This document shows, piece by piece, positions 1 through 12,959 of a DNA stretch of 64,000 nucleotides (positions are counted from its first letter, which is position 1; every line of letters starts with the position of its first letter). The notes under the pieces were generated by a model. The model did no database searches. It was not told the origin of the DNA and saw only the letters and a program-made list of their open reading frames with translations. A program made the translations under genes and the position numbers. This DNA is from Squalus acanthias (taxonomy: Eukaryota): assembly GCA_030390025.1 (NCBI GenBank), contig CM059431.1, forward strand, positions 157,730,001-157,794,000, written 5' to 3'.

Positions 1-200
1 ACGTTTATATAGCGCCTTTAATGTACTAAAATGACTCAGGGTGCTTCACAGGAGTATTATCAATCAAAATTTGACGCCGAGTCACATAAGGAGATATTAG
101 GACAGGTGAGCAAGAGCTTACTCAAAGAGGTAAGGTTTAAGGAACGTCTGAAAGGAGGAGAGCGAGAGAGAGAGAGGCGGAGAGGTTTCGAACAAAAGGG
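1..200 (-). mobile_element. L2-type LINE 3' end fragment
   Basis: tttatatagcgcctttaa...aaaatttgacgccgagtcacataaggagatattagga...gaggtaaggtttaagga; the same family recurs at ~63300-63600. Confidence 0.55.
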
Positions 201-799
201 TGTTCCAGGGAGCTTTGCTAAGATGGAATCCACATTTACACAGTTCAGCAATAGGAAGGTAAATAGCACAATTCTCAGTTGGTTTTCCAGGCAATCAAGC
301 AGTGAAGGTGAGATAGAGGTGGGACTGAGGTATCTAGTTGTGGAGGATGCAATTTTTGGGGAGATACAAAATATTTCCTTTACTTTCTAAAAATGATGGT
401 GGAAGTGAGAATGTTGATGTACTAGAGGAGGATGTGGGTTCACAGTTTGAGATCACTGTAGAGAAGGATTTGGATCTGAGTAATATAGCCGAGGTGGAGA
501 ACTCACTGGGCTGCAAAATAATGTACCCCAGACTGTTAAAGGAAGTTAGAGAGGCGATAGGACGGACTGACCACAGCATTTCAACCCACGTTTAATATCC
601 AAAATATACAGGTGGACTGAGCCCAAACAATGTTTCTGTTATAATGTGGAGAGTGGATTAAACTCGTTACCAGAGACTATTGTGTAGAAACTCCTCAAAT
701 CTGTTAATCCTGGTCGAATTAGTGAGCATTTAGCGATAAAGAGGATGATGAGGGGAGCTGGAACGGATTAGCTGTGGAAAAGTTGCATATGATAATTTT

Positions 800-1640
800 A
801 CGAACAAGGACGAACAGGTAAATACCCTTTGGTCCATCCAGACTTTCCCAGGCAATTGCGATACTTTGTCGATACTTTGTTCTAGCTATCCCAAGCTAAA
901 CCATGTGATCGCCTGAGTGAGGTGGAAAAAAACAGGTAAAAACAGGCCAATTTGGGGGATTAAAATACGGGAAATTCCTCTCCGACCCATCTAGGCGATT
1001 GAAACTAGTCCAACAGATAAATCTTGCACTGAATTCACGGAAGTGCCTTCCTGTTGTAAGAGGTGATGTCTGCCCCAAATACGACCAGGTTCAGCTCTCG
1101 CTTGAAGGAATTCAGCGAGTCAGCGTCCACCGCAAGAGAAGGTATACTGTTCCAGAGGTCCACTATTCTCTGGGAAAAGAACCACCTCCTGACATCTAAC
1201 TTAAATCTGGCTTTTCACAACTTAAAATTGTGACCCCTGGCCCTCCCTAACCTATTGAATTGGAAGAAACTTTCAACTGGAACACAATCGATTCCCTGCA
1301 TCATCTTATAAACCTCAAACAGATCACCTCTAAGTCTTTGCTTCTCTAATGTGTAGAGACCAAGTTCTTATGCTATCTTGATAACTAAGTTGCTTTATAC
1401 TTTGAATTAGTCTAATGTCCCTCCTCTGCAACAGTTTCAAAGCCTCAATAAGAAGACCAAAACTGGACACAGTATTCCAAGTGAAGCCTTTACCAAGGTC
1501 TTGTACTAGGACAAAATAGGTCGTCTTATGAATGCACCCCAATACCCTCTTTGTTCTAGCTAACGCTTCACGCCATTGCTCCTGTACCTTTAGAGATGTA
1601 TGCACTAGAAAGCCCGGAACTTCTTTACTTCCCCTTATTT
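800..1640 (-). mobile_element. Old CR1 LINE 3' fragment
   Basis: Degenerate RT C-terminal motifs on the minus strand (matching 'LEYCVQFW', 'RGDL.EVYK', 'RGH.FKL'). Confidence 0.7.
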
Positions 1641-1944
1641 AATGCCATGAAGGGTGTATGAATGTTGAGCATTCGCACTGCCCACAGGCATAACACGGCA
1701 CTTATCCAAGCTAAACATGATTTGCCAGTCATGAGCCCAATCTCCCAACACATTAAATGCAGTTTTGTTGAGACGGGACTACAGAGGTTTTGGAATTTTG
1801 TACATGCCCTGTATATGTGGCTTATCAGAAGGTTTTTGATAATGTGGCTCACAGCAAGCTTTAGCCGTTTGGTATACGATAAAATGTGAGCCGCCTGGGT
1901 AGAAAGTGGATAATGTGTTTAGTTTTTTCCATTTGTGTTCACAG

Positions 1945-2111
1945 ATCCGAACTCTATAATCACTGAGTTCTTGACAAAGTGCGACGATTACCAACTGTTC
2001 CAGTTCACGAAATTCTACCGGGACAGACTGGAACAGGCGATTGAAGGAGGGGTGGACGGAGTCAGCTCGTTGTTAACATACGAGAGGCATTTCAGTGGAC
2101 AAGAACATCGG
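1945..2111 (+). CDS. NLR gene, first visible coding exon (N-terminal half of CARD-like death-fold domain)
   Basis: Acceptor tttgtgttcacag|AT, donor CGG|gtgagt; encodes (D)PNSIITEFLTKCDDYQLFQFTKFYRDRLEQAIEGGVDGVSSLLTYERHFSGQEHR; phase 1 in, phase 0 out, matching the next exon. The ATG exon was not found. Confidence 0.85.
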
Positions 2112-2869
2112 GTGAGTGGGAGGGACACAGAATTAGTTTGGATTACTTAAACATCACAGAACTGACAGGATATCAGATCTTAGAATCACAGAATGTTACA
2201 GAAGAGAGACACGTCAAATAGGAAAGAAATAGATAAAACTGAAAATATTGTGAATCTGAAATAATGATACGAAGAGGTGAAAATACCCAGCGGATCCATC
2301 CGTATCTGTGCAAAGGACAGGGGAACGGTTCGGGTATAACTCTTGTGTGGACTGAAAACAAAGGGAAAAAGTTTTAGCAGGACTGGGAAAAGGAGAGACC
2401 AGAGGCAACAGACAGGGATTACAGGGAAAGTCATGAGTTTACTGACCTGGAAACTACTTAACGTAAATTAAGAAACCGAGAGATCACAAAAATCATCTGT
2501 GGAGTAAATGAGAGTCATTTCAAGACCAAAAACAAAGTGGTAAAACGGTTAAAATGTATGAGACACGAACAAGAAATCTAACCCCCAAAAAAATGAGAAT
2601 TGAAAACCCGACGCTGTGCAGGTTTTTCCTCCACCTGTATCACCGGAAGTCAATTCCAACTTCGGCAGAGACGCAATGTGGGCGGTAGAACCTGCAGTCG
2701 AGCGTCACTCCCCGGAAGAGCACTTCAGGAAATTGCGGTAAGCAGCCTGTACTGTCTGTCAGTTACCTTTAATGGAATAGAACTAAGTGGAAATGATAAT
2801 CGGGCAGGGTGTGTAATGGACGGTCGATCTGCTGCCAACACTCCAATTTGATAATCTAGGAAACTTACT

Positions 2870-5545
2870 CTCATCCCAAACTTCAGCTCATTACCCATTA
2901 TTGTTAATATCCCAACTAGTCTAATCCCAACCTCCTGCTCACTGCCCCTTACCGTTTATATACCACCTAGTCTAATCCCAAACTCCTATTCACTACCCAT
3001 TACTGTTAATATCCCACCTAGTCTAATCCCAAGTTCCTGCTCACCACCCATTACTGGTAATATCCCACCAATTTAATCGCAACCTCCTACTCACTACCCG
3101 TCACCGTTAATATCCCAACTAGTCTAATCCCAAACACCTGCTCACTACCCCTTACCGTTTATATCCCACCTAGTCTAATCCCAACCTCCTGTTAACTACC
3201 CATTGCTGTTAATATCGCACTTAGTCTATTCCCAACCTCCTGTTCACCACCCATTACAGTTAATATCCCACCAATCTAATTCCAACCACCTACTCAATAC
3301 CCATCACCGTAAATATCTCAACTAGTGTGATCCCAACATCCTGCTCACTACTCATTACCTTTAATATCATACCAGTCTAATCACAACCTGCTGTTCACTA
3401 CCCGTTACTGTTAATATCCCACCTAGTCTAAACCCAATCTCCTGCTCATTAATCATTACTGTTAATATCCCACCTAGTCTACTCCCAACCTCCTGCTCAC
3501 TACCCATTACCGTTAATATCCCATCAAATCTAATCCCAACCTCCTGCTCACTACACTTTATGTTTATATCCCACTTATTCTAATCGCAACCTCCTGCTCA
3601 CTACCCATTACCGTTAATATCCTACCAAGTCTATTCCCAACCTCCTGCTCACTACCCATTACTGTTAATATCCCAACTAGTCTAATCCCAACCTCCTGCT
3701 CACTACCCATTACCGTTAATATCCCACCTAGTCTAATCCCAACCTCCTGCTCACTAACCATTACTGTTAATATCCCACCAGGTCTAATCCCAACCTCCTG
3801 CTCACTACCAATTACCGTTAATATCCCACTTAGTCTAATCCCAACCTCCTGATCACTGCCCATTACTGTTAATATCCCACCTAGTCTAATCCCAACCTCC
3901 TGCTCATGACGCATTACTGTTAATATCCCACCTGGTCTAATCTCAACCTCCTGCTCACTACCCATTAATGTTAATATCCCACCTAGTCTAATCCCAACCT
4001 CCTGCTCACTACCCATTACCGTTAATATCCCATCTAGTCAAATCCCAATTTCCTGCTCAATACCCATTACCGTTAATATCCCACCTAGTCTATTCCCAAC
4101 CTCCTGCTCACTACCCATTACCATTAATATCCCACCTAGTCTAATCCCAACCTCCTGCTCACTAACCATTACTGTTAATATCCCACCTGGTCTAATCACA
4201 ACCTCCTGTTCACTACCCATTACTGTTAATATCCCACCTAGTCGAATCCCAAACTCCTGCTCAATATCCATTACCGTTAACATCCCACCTAGTCTAAACC
4301 CAATCTCCTGCTCACTACCCATTACCGTTAATATCCCACCAAATCTAATCCCAACCTCCTGCTCACTACGCATTATGTTTATATCCCACTCTGTCTAATC
4401 GCAATCTCCTGCTCACTACCTATTACTTAATATCCCACTTATTCTAATCGCAATATACTGCTCACGACGCATTACCGTTAATATCCCACCTAGTCTAATC
4501 CCAACCTCCTGCCCACTACCCATTACTGTTAATATCCCACCTAGTCTAATCCCAACCTCCTGCTCACTACCCATTACCGTTAATATCCCACCTAGTCTAA
4601 TCCCAACCTCCTGCTCACTAACCATTACTGTTAATATCCCACCTGGTCTAATCCCAACCTCCTGTTCACTACCCATTACCGTTTATATCCCACCTAGTCT
4701 AATCCCAACCTCCTGCTCACTGCCCATTACTGTTAATATCCCACCTAGTCTAATCCCAACCTCCTGCTCACTACCCATTAATGTTAATATCCCACCTAGT
4801 CTAATCCCAACCTCCTGCTCACTACCCATTACCGTTAATATCCCACCTAGTCTAATCCCAACCTCTTGCTCACTACCCATTACCGTTAATATCCCACTTA
4901 GTCTAATCCCAACCTCCTGCTCACTACCCATTACCGGTAATATCCCACTTAGTCTAATTCAAACATCCTGCTCACGACCCATTACCGTTAATATCCCATC
5001 TAGTCAAATCCCAATTTCCTGCTCACTACCCATTACCGTTAATATCCCACCTAGTCTAATCCCAACCTCCTGCTCACTACCCATTACCGTTAATATCCCA
5101 CCTAGTCTAATCCCAACCTCCTGCTCACTAACCATTACTGTTAATATCCCACCAGGTCTAATCCCAACCTCCTGCTCACTACCAATTACCGTTAATATCC
5201 CACTTAGTCTAATCCCAACCTCCTGCTCACTACCCATTACCGGTAATATCCCACTTAGTCTAATTCAAACATCCTGCTCACGACCCATTACCGTTAATAT
5301 CCCATCTAGTCAAATCCCAATTTCCTGCTCACTACCCATTACCGTTAATATCCCACCTAGTCTAATCCCAACCTCCTGCTCACTACCCATTACCGTTAAT
5401 ATCCCACCTAGTCTAATCCCAACCTCCTGCTCACTACCCATTACTGTTAATATCCCACCTAGTAAAATCACAACCTCCTGCTCACTACCCATTACCGGTA
5501 ATATCCCACTTTGTTTAATTCCAACCTCCTGCTGACCGCATTATG
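2870..5545. repeat. 51-bp minisatellite, about 52 copies (NLR intron)
   Basis: Unit aatatcccacctagtctaatcccaacctcctgctcactacccattaccgtt; produces spurious 17-aa repeat ORFs (MGSEQEVGIRLGGILTV). Confidence 0.97.
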
Positions 5546-6246
5546 GTTAGTATCCTAATTAATTCGGGTGTAATCTTCTGTTCTCTCCCCATACTCCAGC
5601 ATTCCTTTCTATCCACGCAGCAATATCAATAGATTTTATCAAAAAAATGTCGACTTGCTTCCACAATAGCCTGTGCGATTGAAGTATGCTTTCTAACCAC
5701 CTCGTGTATAAATAAATGTATCAACGTTCACCACAATTGTTCGAATTAGCAATCAGTGGAAACTATCAGTAACTATTTATTTGATCATAACTCTTCAGAT
5801 TCTGAAGACTTGCAGCAAATCCTCAGTTCATCTGCTCACCTCCAGTGGAATGAGCCCAACGTTCTGAAATCGCATTCTCTAACAGTAACTCCACAAACCT
5901 GGTAGCATCCCAGTGCAATTGCACGCCAGTTCATTGCTTTTACATTGTATAAATGTAATGTCCAAACCTGTACACAACTGGGTAAACGACCAGCCCCTGA
6001 GCTCTTGTTGTGGAACGTCACTCCCCACGAGAATATCATGAAATTGAGCTCAAAAATTTAGTCTGTAATTACCTGCCCCTGTGCTCTTGGTGCGGAACGT
6101 CACTCCCTAGGCGGGAATATGAGGAAATTGAGATTATTCAGTCTGTCCTTTTCCAACCGCTCCCTTTAATGGTTTGGTTTCTGCACCATTTTGTTGACGG
6201 AATGAGTGACTGGGGATGAAATAGTGGTCGTTTCATATTTTTGTAA

Positions 6247-7320
6247 TAGGCCAGATTTTGCGGTAGAAATAACGGTGGGGCTAACAGCGCTCACTGTTAT
6301 TAAAGTGTAAATTGGACAGTAACTTCCAGCGACCGCACATGCGGAGTTAAACACGAAAATCAGGGAGGTCGTGTCCGAGTTGCCCTGCTGCTCCCAAAAC
6401 TGCGCGAGAATGGGATCTCGCTGAGAGACTCGCCATTGAAATGCATGGAAACGCTAAACATTTCTGTACTTACCTGATAAATACATAGGAAACTCGCCAG
6501 GAAAAGTCAGGGCTTGCCTATTCCAGTGTAATTATTTCAGTCTTAACTGATGCCAAACAACCTCTCTGGCACAGAACATTTACTTTTACAAGTGTGGAGT
6601 CTCATCTTTCGGATTTTAATTATTATTGGAGCTGTACAATCAAAAGTTCAATAATGTTTGTACCTGTTTTTTCTGTCTTTTTCTTCGCTCCCTCTAAATA
6701 TAAGAAGATAAGACATAACAGCAGCAGTAGGACATTTATCCATTCGAGCCTGCTCCGCCATTCAATAAGACCATGGCTGATGTTCTACCTCATCTCCCCT
6801 TTCCTGCAATATCACCATATCCCGTGATTCCCTTAAGATTCAAAAATCTATCCATCCCTGTCTTGAATGTCCACCCCAGTCCAACGCCGGCATCTCCACA
6901 TCATTGAATATACTCAACAACTGAGCCTCCACAGCCCTCTGGGGGAGAGAATTCCAAAGATTCACCACCCTCTAAGTGAATAAATTTCTCCTTATCTCAG
7001 TCCTAAATGGCCGACCCCTTTTTCTAAGACTGTGACCCCTGGTTGCAGACACCCCAGCCAGGGGAAGCATCCTCCCTGCATCTACCCTGTCGAGCCCTGT
7101 AAGACTTTTGTATGTTTCAGTGAGATGCATTCCGAATTCAAACTTTCTTTCCCTCTCTTTATTTCACTTTCTGCATGTGATTTGACATTACATTCTACAT
7201 AATAACAAAAACATCCTGTTTCAGACTTTGCGTAAGGATTCTTCAAGTTGATTGGTTAAGGAAACATACAGTCGCTTCTCCTTTTCCCACTGTAGAGGGC
7301 GCTGGGCGGTTTGGCTCTAA
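6247..7320. mobile_element. Non-coding interspersed repeat (possible non-autonomous DNA transposon), interrupted by a CR1 3' fragment at ~6705-7130 (minus)
   Basis: Starts ggccagattttgcggt. Its internal part (7140-7320) resembles 45880-46045 plus 47290-47360, and that copy ends in the complementary accgcaaaatccaggcc (~47488), suggesting a TIR. Confidence 0.5.
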
Positions 7321-7329
7321 ATTAAACTG

Positions 7330-9180
7330 ACGGAGAAGGAACAACGATATATGTTCAAGTCAGGATCGTATGTTACTTGAAGTGAAACTTGGAGGTGGTG
7401 GTGTTTCCATTCGGATGCTGCTCTTGTCCTTCTAGGTGGCAGAGGCCGCAGGTTTGAGTGGTGCTGTCAAAGAAGCCTTGGCGAACTGCTGCAGTTCTTT
7501 CTGTAAATAGCACGCACTGCAGCGATGGTGCACCGTTGGTGGAGGGATTGGATGTTTAAGGTGGTGGGTGTGCTGCCGATGAAGCGTATTTCTCTGTCCT
7601 GGATTGCGTGGAGCTTCTTGAGTGTTGTTGCAGCTGCACCTATCCAGGCAAGAGGAGAGTTTTCCATCACACGCCGCAGTTGTACCTTAGATGTGTCGGA
7701 GAGTCTCCTGGATGGCCAGGAGTTGAGCCACTCGCCACAGAATACCCAGCATCTTACCTGCTCTAGCAGCCATGAGTTTTTTTGTGATTAGTCAATGATA
7801 GGGATTTGACGATGGCAATGCCAGTGAATGACACAGGGACATGGTTGGACTCTCTTGTGGTGGATGGGCATTGCCTGAAACTTTTGGGCGCGAATGCTAC
7901 TTTCCCCTTGTCCGCCCAAGCCTAGATTTTGTTCAGGACTTGCTGCATGCGAGCATGGACCGCTTCATTATCTGACGAATTGAAAATGGAGCTGAACACT
8001 GCAATCGTCAGAGAACATCCCCACTCCTAGCTTTATGATGGAGGGAAGGTAATTGACGAAGCAGCTGAAATGGTTAGTCCGAAGACTCTGCCCCGAGGAA
8101 CTCCTGCAGTGATGTCCTGGTGCTGAGACGATTCGCCTCCAACAACCACACTCCATGATGCCACACACGTCGAACACTGCCTTGATGTCGAGCACAGTCA
8201 CTGTCACCTCACAGCTGGAATTCAATTCTTTGGTCCTTGTTTGGAGTCGATTGGTCCTGGTGGAACTCAAATTGAGCCTCAGTGAGCAGCTTATTTGTGA
8301 TTAAGTGCTGCTTGATAGCAGTGTTGATACTCCTTCCAACACTTTGATGATGATTGAGAGTAGCCTGTTAGGGCGGTAATTGATCGGGTTGGATTTGTCC
8401 TGCTCTGTGTGGACAGGTCATACCTGGACAAGTCTCTACATTGTCGGGTCGAAGCCAGTGTTGTGGATGTAATGGAACAACTTGACTAGAGATGTGTTTA
8501 GTTCCAGAGCACAGATCTTGAACACTACAGCCAGAATGTTGTCGGGACCTGTAGCATTTGCTGTGCCCAGTGCATTCATTTGTTTCTTGATATCAAATTA
8601 GATGGGAACTAGGCATTAAATCTCCCGCCTACTGAACATTCTGGACCTTTTGGTGGTTCAAAATGGAGGTTATTGATTAATCGGCTGAGGGAGGGTGGTA
8701 GGTGGTAATCAGCAGGAAGTATCCTTGCCCATATTTGACCTGAAGGCATGAGATTTCGTTGGCTCCGGAGTCATTGTTAATGATTTCCAGGGCACTTGCA
8801 TCTGAGAGTATATCACTGTGCCCCACCACTGGTGGGTCTGTCTTGCCGGTGGTACAGGAAATACCGATCAATATTAATGATTCCCAGGGCACCTGCACGA
8901 TAGTGTCTATCACCGTGCCCCACCAATGGTGGTTCAGTCCTGCCGATGGGACAGGAAATACCGATGAATGCTGATGGAGGTGCCTGAGACGTTGGCTAAC
9001 AAATATGATTTTATAAGTATAACTACGTCAAAACGTTGCTTGAGTAATTTGTGGCCCACTTCTCCCCACTTTGACACCAGTCCCCAGGTGTTAGTGAGGA
9101 GGGCTTTGCAGTGTTGACTGGGCTGGGTGTTCCTTTGTCGTTTCCGAATCCAATGCCGAAGCCGAGCGGTCCGCCCGATT
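7330..9180 (-). mobile_element. Degenerate CR1/L2-group LINE (APE + RT remnants)
   Basis: Minus-strand remnants 'LDIKAVFD', 'NYLPSIIK..GMFSDD', 'NYRP..LLSII.KV', 'LLITTYHPPSAD'; same family as 44670-45840. Confidence 0.75.
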
Positions 9181-9214
9181 TTATTCTTCTACATCTTTCT
9201 TGAGGCTTTCTCCG

Positions 9215-9425
9215 CCATTTCAGAGGCCACCACATTGGTGAAGGACTGGAGTCGTGTATAGACAAGACGTAAAGGACATTACTTTTACGACAATCTTTAC
9301 TAATATCAGCTATTTATTTAGAAACATTTCAAATTTGAATATAAATTCAAATTCAGGAAACGACCACGAATTGATTTGAACCGTTATCTCTGGATTACTC
9401 GTCCAGTAATATAACGAACACGCAA
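9215..9425 (-). mobile_element. SacSINE1/DeuSINE-like tRNA-derived SINE (degenerate)
   Basis: Reverse complement of gttatattactggacgagtaatccagag and gactccagtcc...caccaatgtgg, matching the copy at 29298. Confidence 0.6.
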
Positions 9426-10208
9426 TCGTTCTCGACGCCTCGCCGTCTCTGTGTACATTGTTTGATTGCACCTCTGTGAAGTGCCTTTCGCCGATTTATT
9501 TTCTGCTTTAAAGGCGTTATATAAATCTAAGCTTTGATGAAGAAAGTCCTGACTATACCAACCCCATTGCTGGATATATGTTCCCGGTTACCAAGGTTTC
9601 ATACCGGCAGCGGATGTGTCAAATAATGGGTGCCAGACATTTCAATTACCGAGGGAACAAATGATTCGATTCCTTATCGTAATTTTAATTGGTCCGTTTT
9701 CCGGCCCTAAACATCAACAATGATTGTATCAATTAGTCAGCGATAATTTCTCAGGCAATTTTCTATCTGCTTCTCTCACTTCAGATTCGTTCATTCCCTG
9801 TAACTGGAGTTCTGTCTCGCTACTGCTTTATTTCTAATTAAATCACAAAGCGTGGCAGAAGGAAAAAATGTGAGACACGAGTGTATCATATCGTCAATCT
9901 GTAATCTGATGTTATGTTGTACACGAAAGGAGAGATAAAACTAATCACATTAAAACTGCTGCAGATTCTCAGTGATTCCTTTCTCTCCTAGAACTATAAT
10001 TCATCACATTTCTTTGCCGTTAATGGTGAACCAAGATGTTTATCGAATATTCCGCCCATGTTCAGAATGGGTCACTACCCTGCCCAGTGATTGCTTTCTC
10101 TGCTCAAAATAACTGGGAGATCCTATCACTGAGCAGATCCTATCCTTCTCATTCCCAGTGTTTATCTTTCACATCGCTCCTCAATATATTCATTATTATA
10201 CTTTACAG

Positions 10209-10380
10209 AAAGTCACTGATCTCGTGGAGAAGGGAAACCGGGCGGACAGTTCCAAACTTCTCCTAAATCTGGTGATGGAGAAAGGCTCTCGGGCCCGAAG
10301 AGTGATGTGGGAATCCTTTGTGAAAATGCGCCATGGGGTGCCAAAGCTGAACAAAATACTGAAAGAAATACAGGAAATTG
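10209..10380 (+). CDS. NLR gene exon (C-terminal half of CARD-like domain)
   Basis: ctttacag|AAA ... ATTG|gtaggg; KVTDLVEKGNRADSSKLLLNLVMEKGSRARRVMWESFVKMRHGVPKLNKILKEIQEI; CARD-like 'LLL.LV..KG..A' pattern; 172 bp, phase 0 to 1. Confidence 0.9.
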
Positions 10381-10485
10381 GTAGGGTAAAAACACACACT
10401 GAATTCAAATATTAATTTAAACACTGAAGACTTTACTATAATATTACACAGATCAAATTTCATGAAAGATAATTGATTTAAGCAG

Positions 10486-10551
10486 GTTCTGGTCCATTTG
10501 ATTACATGAACATCGCACGAGGTTTATCCGAAATACCCAGTCAACTGAAAG
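10486..10551 (+). CDS. NLR gene linker exon
   Basis: aagcag|GT ... AAAG|gtaagt; 66 bp, phase 1 to 1; GSGPFDYMNIARGLSEIPSQLK; not visible in the ORF track. Confidence 0.8.
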
Positions 10552-10829
10552 GTAAGTGAGGAAATTATGATTTAAAAACTTTTATTTCACATCTGAGAAT
10601 CAGAATGCTTGACAGTGGCCCTATGTTTAGAGGATGTCAGAATCTGGGAATCAAGTTCAAACCTGGAACAATGAGATTGAACGTAATTTAGATTTGTCAT
10701 CAATCCAAAACTATTCTGTATAGGTTCAAATTACAATTCAGACCTTTTCTGACGTTTCCTGTAAAAATGCGGAAGTGGCATCTTTTCACTAATCCAGCTG
10801 TTGATCTCTATCTCTTGTGAAGTCTTATA

Positions 10830-11890
10830 AACACCTGGCAGGATCATGGTACACTGTGAAATGCCGTAAACAACTGGCAGGATTATGATACACTGTGAAA
10901 CGCCATAAACACCTGGTAGGATCCCGATGCACTGTGAAACCCCATAGACACCTGGCAGGATCCTGATACACTGTGAAACCCCATACGCACCTGGCAGGAT
11001 CCATATACACTGTGAAACCACAGGCACACCTGGCAGGATCCTGATACACTGAAACCCCGTACACACCTGACAGGATCCTGACACACTGTGAAACCCCATA
11101 CTCACCTGGCAGGATCCTGATAAACTGTCAAACCCGATACACACCTGGCAGAATCCTGATATACTGTGAAATCCCATACACACCAGGCTGGATCCTTATC
11201 AACCTTGAAATCCCAAACACATCAGGTTTAAACTAATAAACTATGAACCCCCATTATAACCTGCCAGGATCCTGTTACACTGTGAAACCCCATACACACC
11301 TGGCAAGATCCTGATACACTGTGAAACCACATACATACCTGGCAGGATCCTGATACACTGTGAAAACCGAACACACCTGACAGGATCCTGATACACTGAA
11401 ATCCAATACGCACCTGGCAGGATCCCGATACACTGTGAAACCCCGTCACATCTGGCAGGATCCTGATACACTGTGAAACCCCAAACACCAGGCAGGTTCC
11501 TAACACACTGTGAAACCCCATACGCACCTGGAAGGATCCTGATATACTGTGAAACCCTATACACACCTGGCAGGATCCTGGTATACTGTGAAACCCCATA
11601 CACACCTGATAGGATCCTGATACACTGAAACCCAGTACACACATGGCAGGATCCTGATACATTGTTAAACCCCATACACACCTGGCAGAATCCCGATAAA
11701 CTGTGAAACCCCATACACACCTGACAGGATCCTGACACACTGTGAAACCCCATACACACCTGGCAGGATTCTGATACACTGACACCCCATACACACCTGG
11801 CAGGATCCTTATACACTGTGAAAACATATATATACCTGGCAGGATCCTGATACACTGTGAAACCCCATACACTCCTGGCATGATCATTAT
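10830..11890. repeat. 39-bp minisatellite, about 27 copies (NLR intron)
   Basis: Unit acacacctggcaggatcctgatacactgtgaaaccccat. Confidence 0.96.
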
Positions 11891-12959
11891 AGACTGTAAC
11901 GAATGTCCCTGAACCTGATATGGAAGATACCTGTGCCACTGGGCTTCTTATCCAGCACAAACTGTAGGAACAGTGGTCGAGAATTGCGAAAAAGTTAAGT
12001 ACTGCAATTGTACATCACGTCATGAACCGTCCGATCGTTTTCGATCTAATTTGAAGATGTACATATATTCCTACAATCAAACATTAAACAAGGAGGGACA
12101 TGAGGTAAAGGCCATGATATGGGTGATTAGAAATTGATTGGACCGATTGCCCTTGGCAGTGAAACAGACAAACTAGAAACAGAGAATCTTTTTGTACTGA
12201 AAGAAGCGTCCTTTCATTCAGCAGGATTTTGAATCACAATTTACTGATTATCAGAAACATATTTGTAATTTACAAAACTACATTATAGGAAACTCGTATC
12301 CACATGAAACAATGGAGTGCAATTATTCTATCAGTTGAAATGAACTCTCAATCTTTTCTTCCCTAACGTAATACTATTTGTAGTGGGCGGCCGTTCTCTT
12401 TCTGATTCTAATCGGTTACATGATGAGACTGTTATATGAAGAAAATAATGTAAGTGTAAAATCACAGCAAAACTATTCTCATTTTCTGAAACAAAACAGG
12501 AGGATGTTTAGGGGAACAAAAGATCACTTTGATCCAAACAATCCTGTCCCTGTTAGAGATGAACTCACCTGCCCCTCCTCTCAGTGTATCCACAGAAACA
12601 CAACCATTGTCTCTTGTCCCCACTTACACTGCCCCTTAGTGTCCTCCCTGGTAACTGGTCTCCCGCTCTATTACCCTTTGGTGAAAAAGATTACCTTGAT
12701 TTCCATTCTTACTCCTGGTTTCGTAGTGTATGTTTTCTCAGTTAACTAATTGTGCTCATTGTAATTTACTTTCCTGCATTAATTTTGTGAATTCTTTAAG
12801 AAGTTCTGATCAATATTTCAATATTCGAAGTCTCTTCCAAACAAAACAAATCTAACTCTTAACTCTGACTTAATTCCTGACGCACATAATCATCATATAT
12901 CTCTCTGCATCTTCACCATTTCAATAACATTCTTCCTGTGATTAGGTGGTTAGAAGAGC

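Noticed and set aside
3564..5492. Repetitive 'MGSEQEVGIRLGGILTV' ORFs
   Set aside because: Translation of a 51-bp intronic minisatellite (multiple of 3), broken by stops and antisense to the host gene.
8775..8980. ~97-bp tandem duplication
   Set aside because: Internal duplication within a dead LINE endonuclease region; no sign of function.
10731..11960. Cys-rich ORFs in all three minus frames
   Set aside because: Artefact of the 39-bp tandem repeat; frames shift with unit indels.
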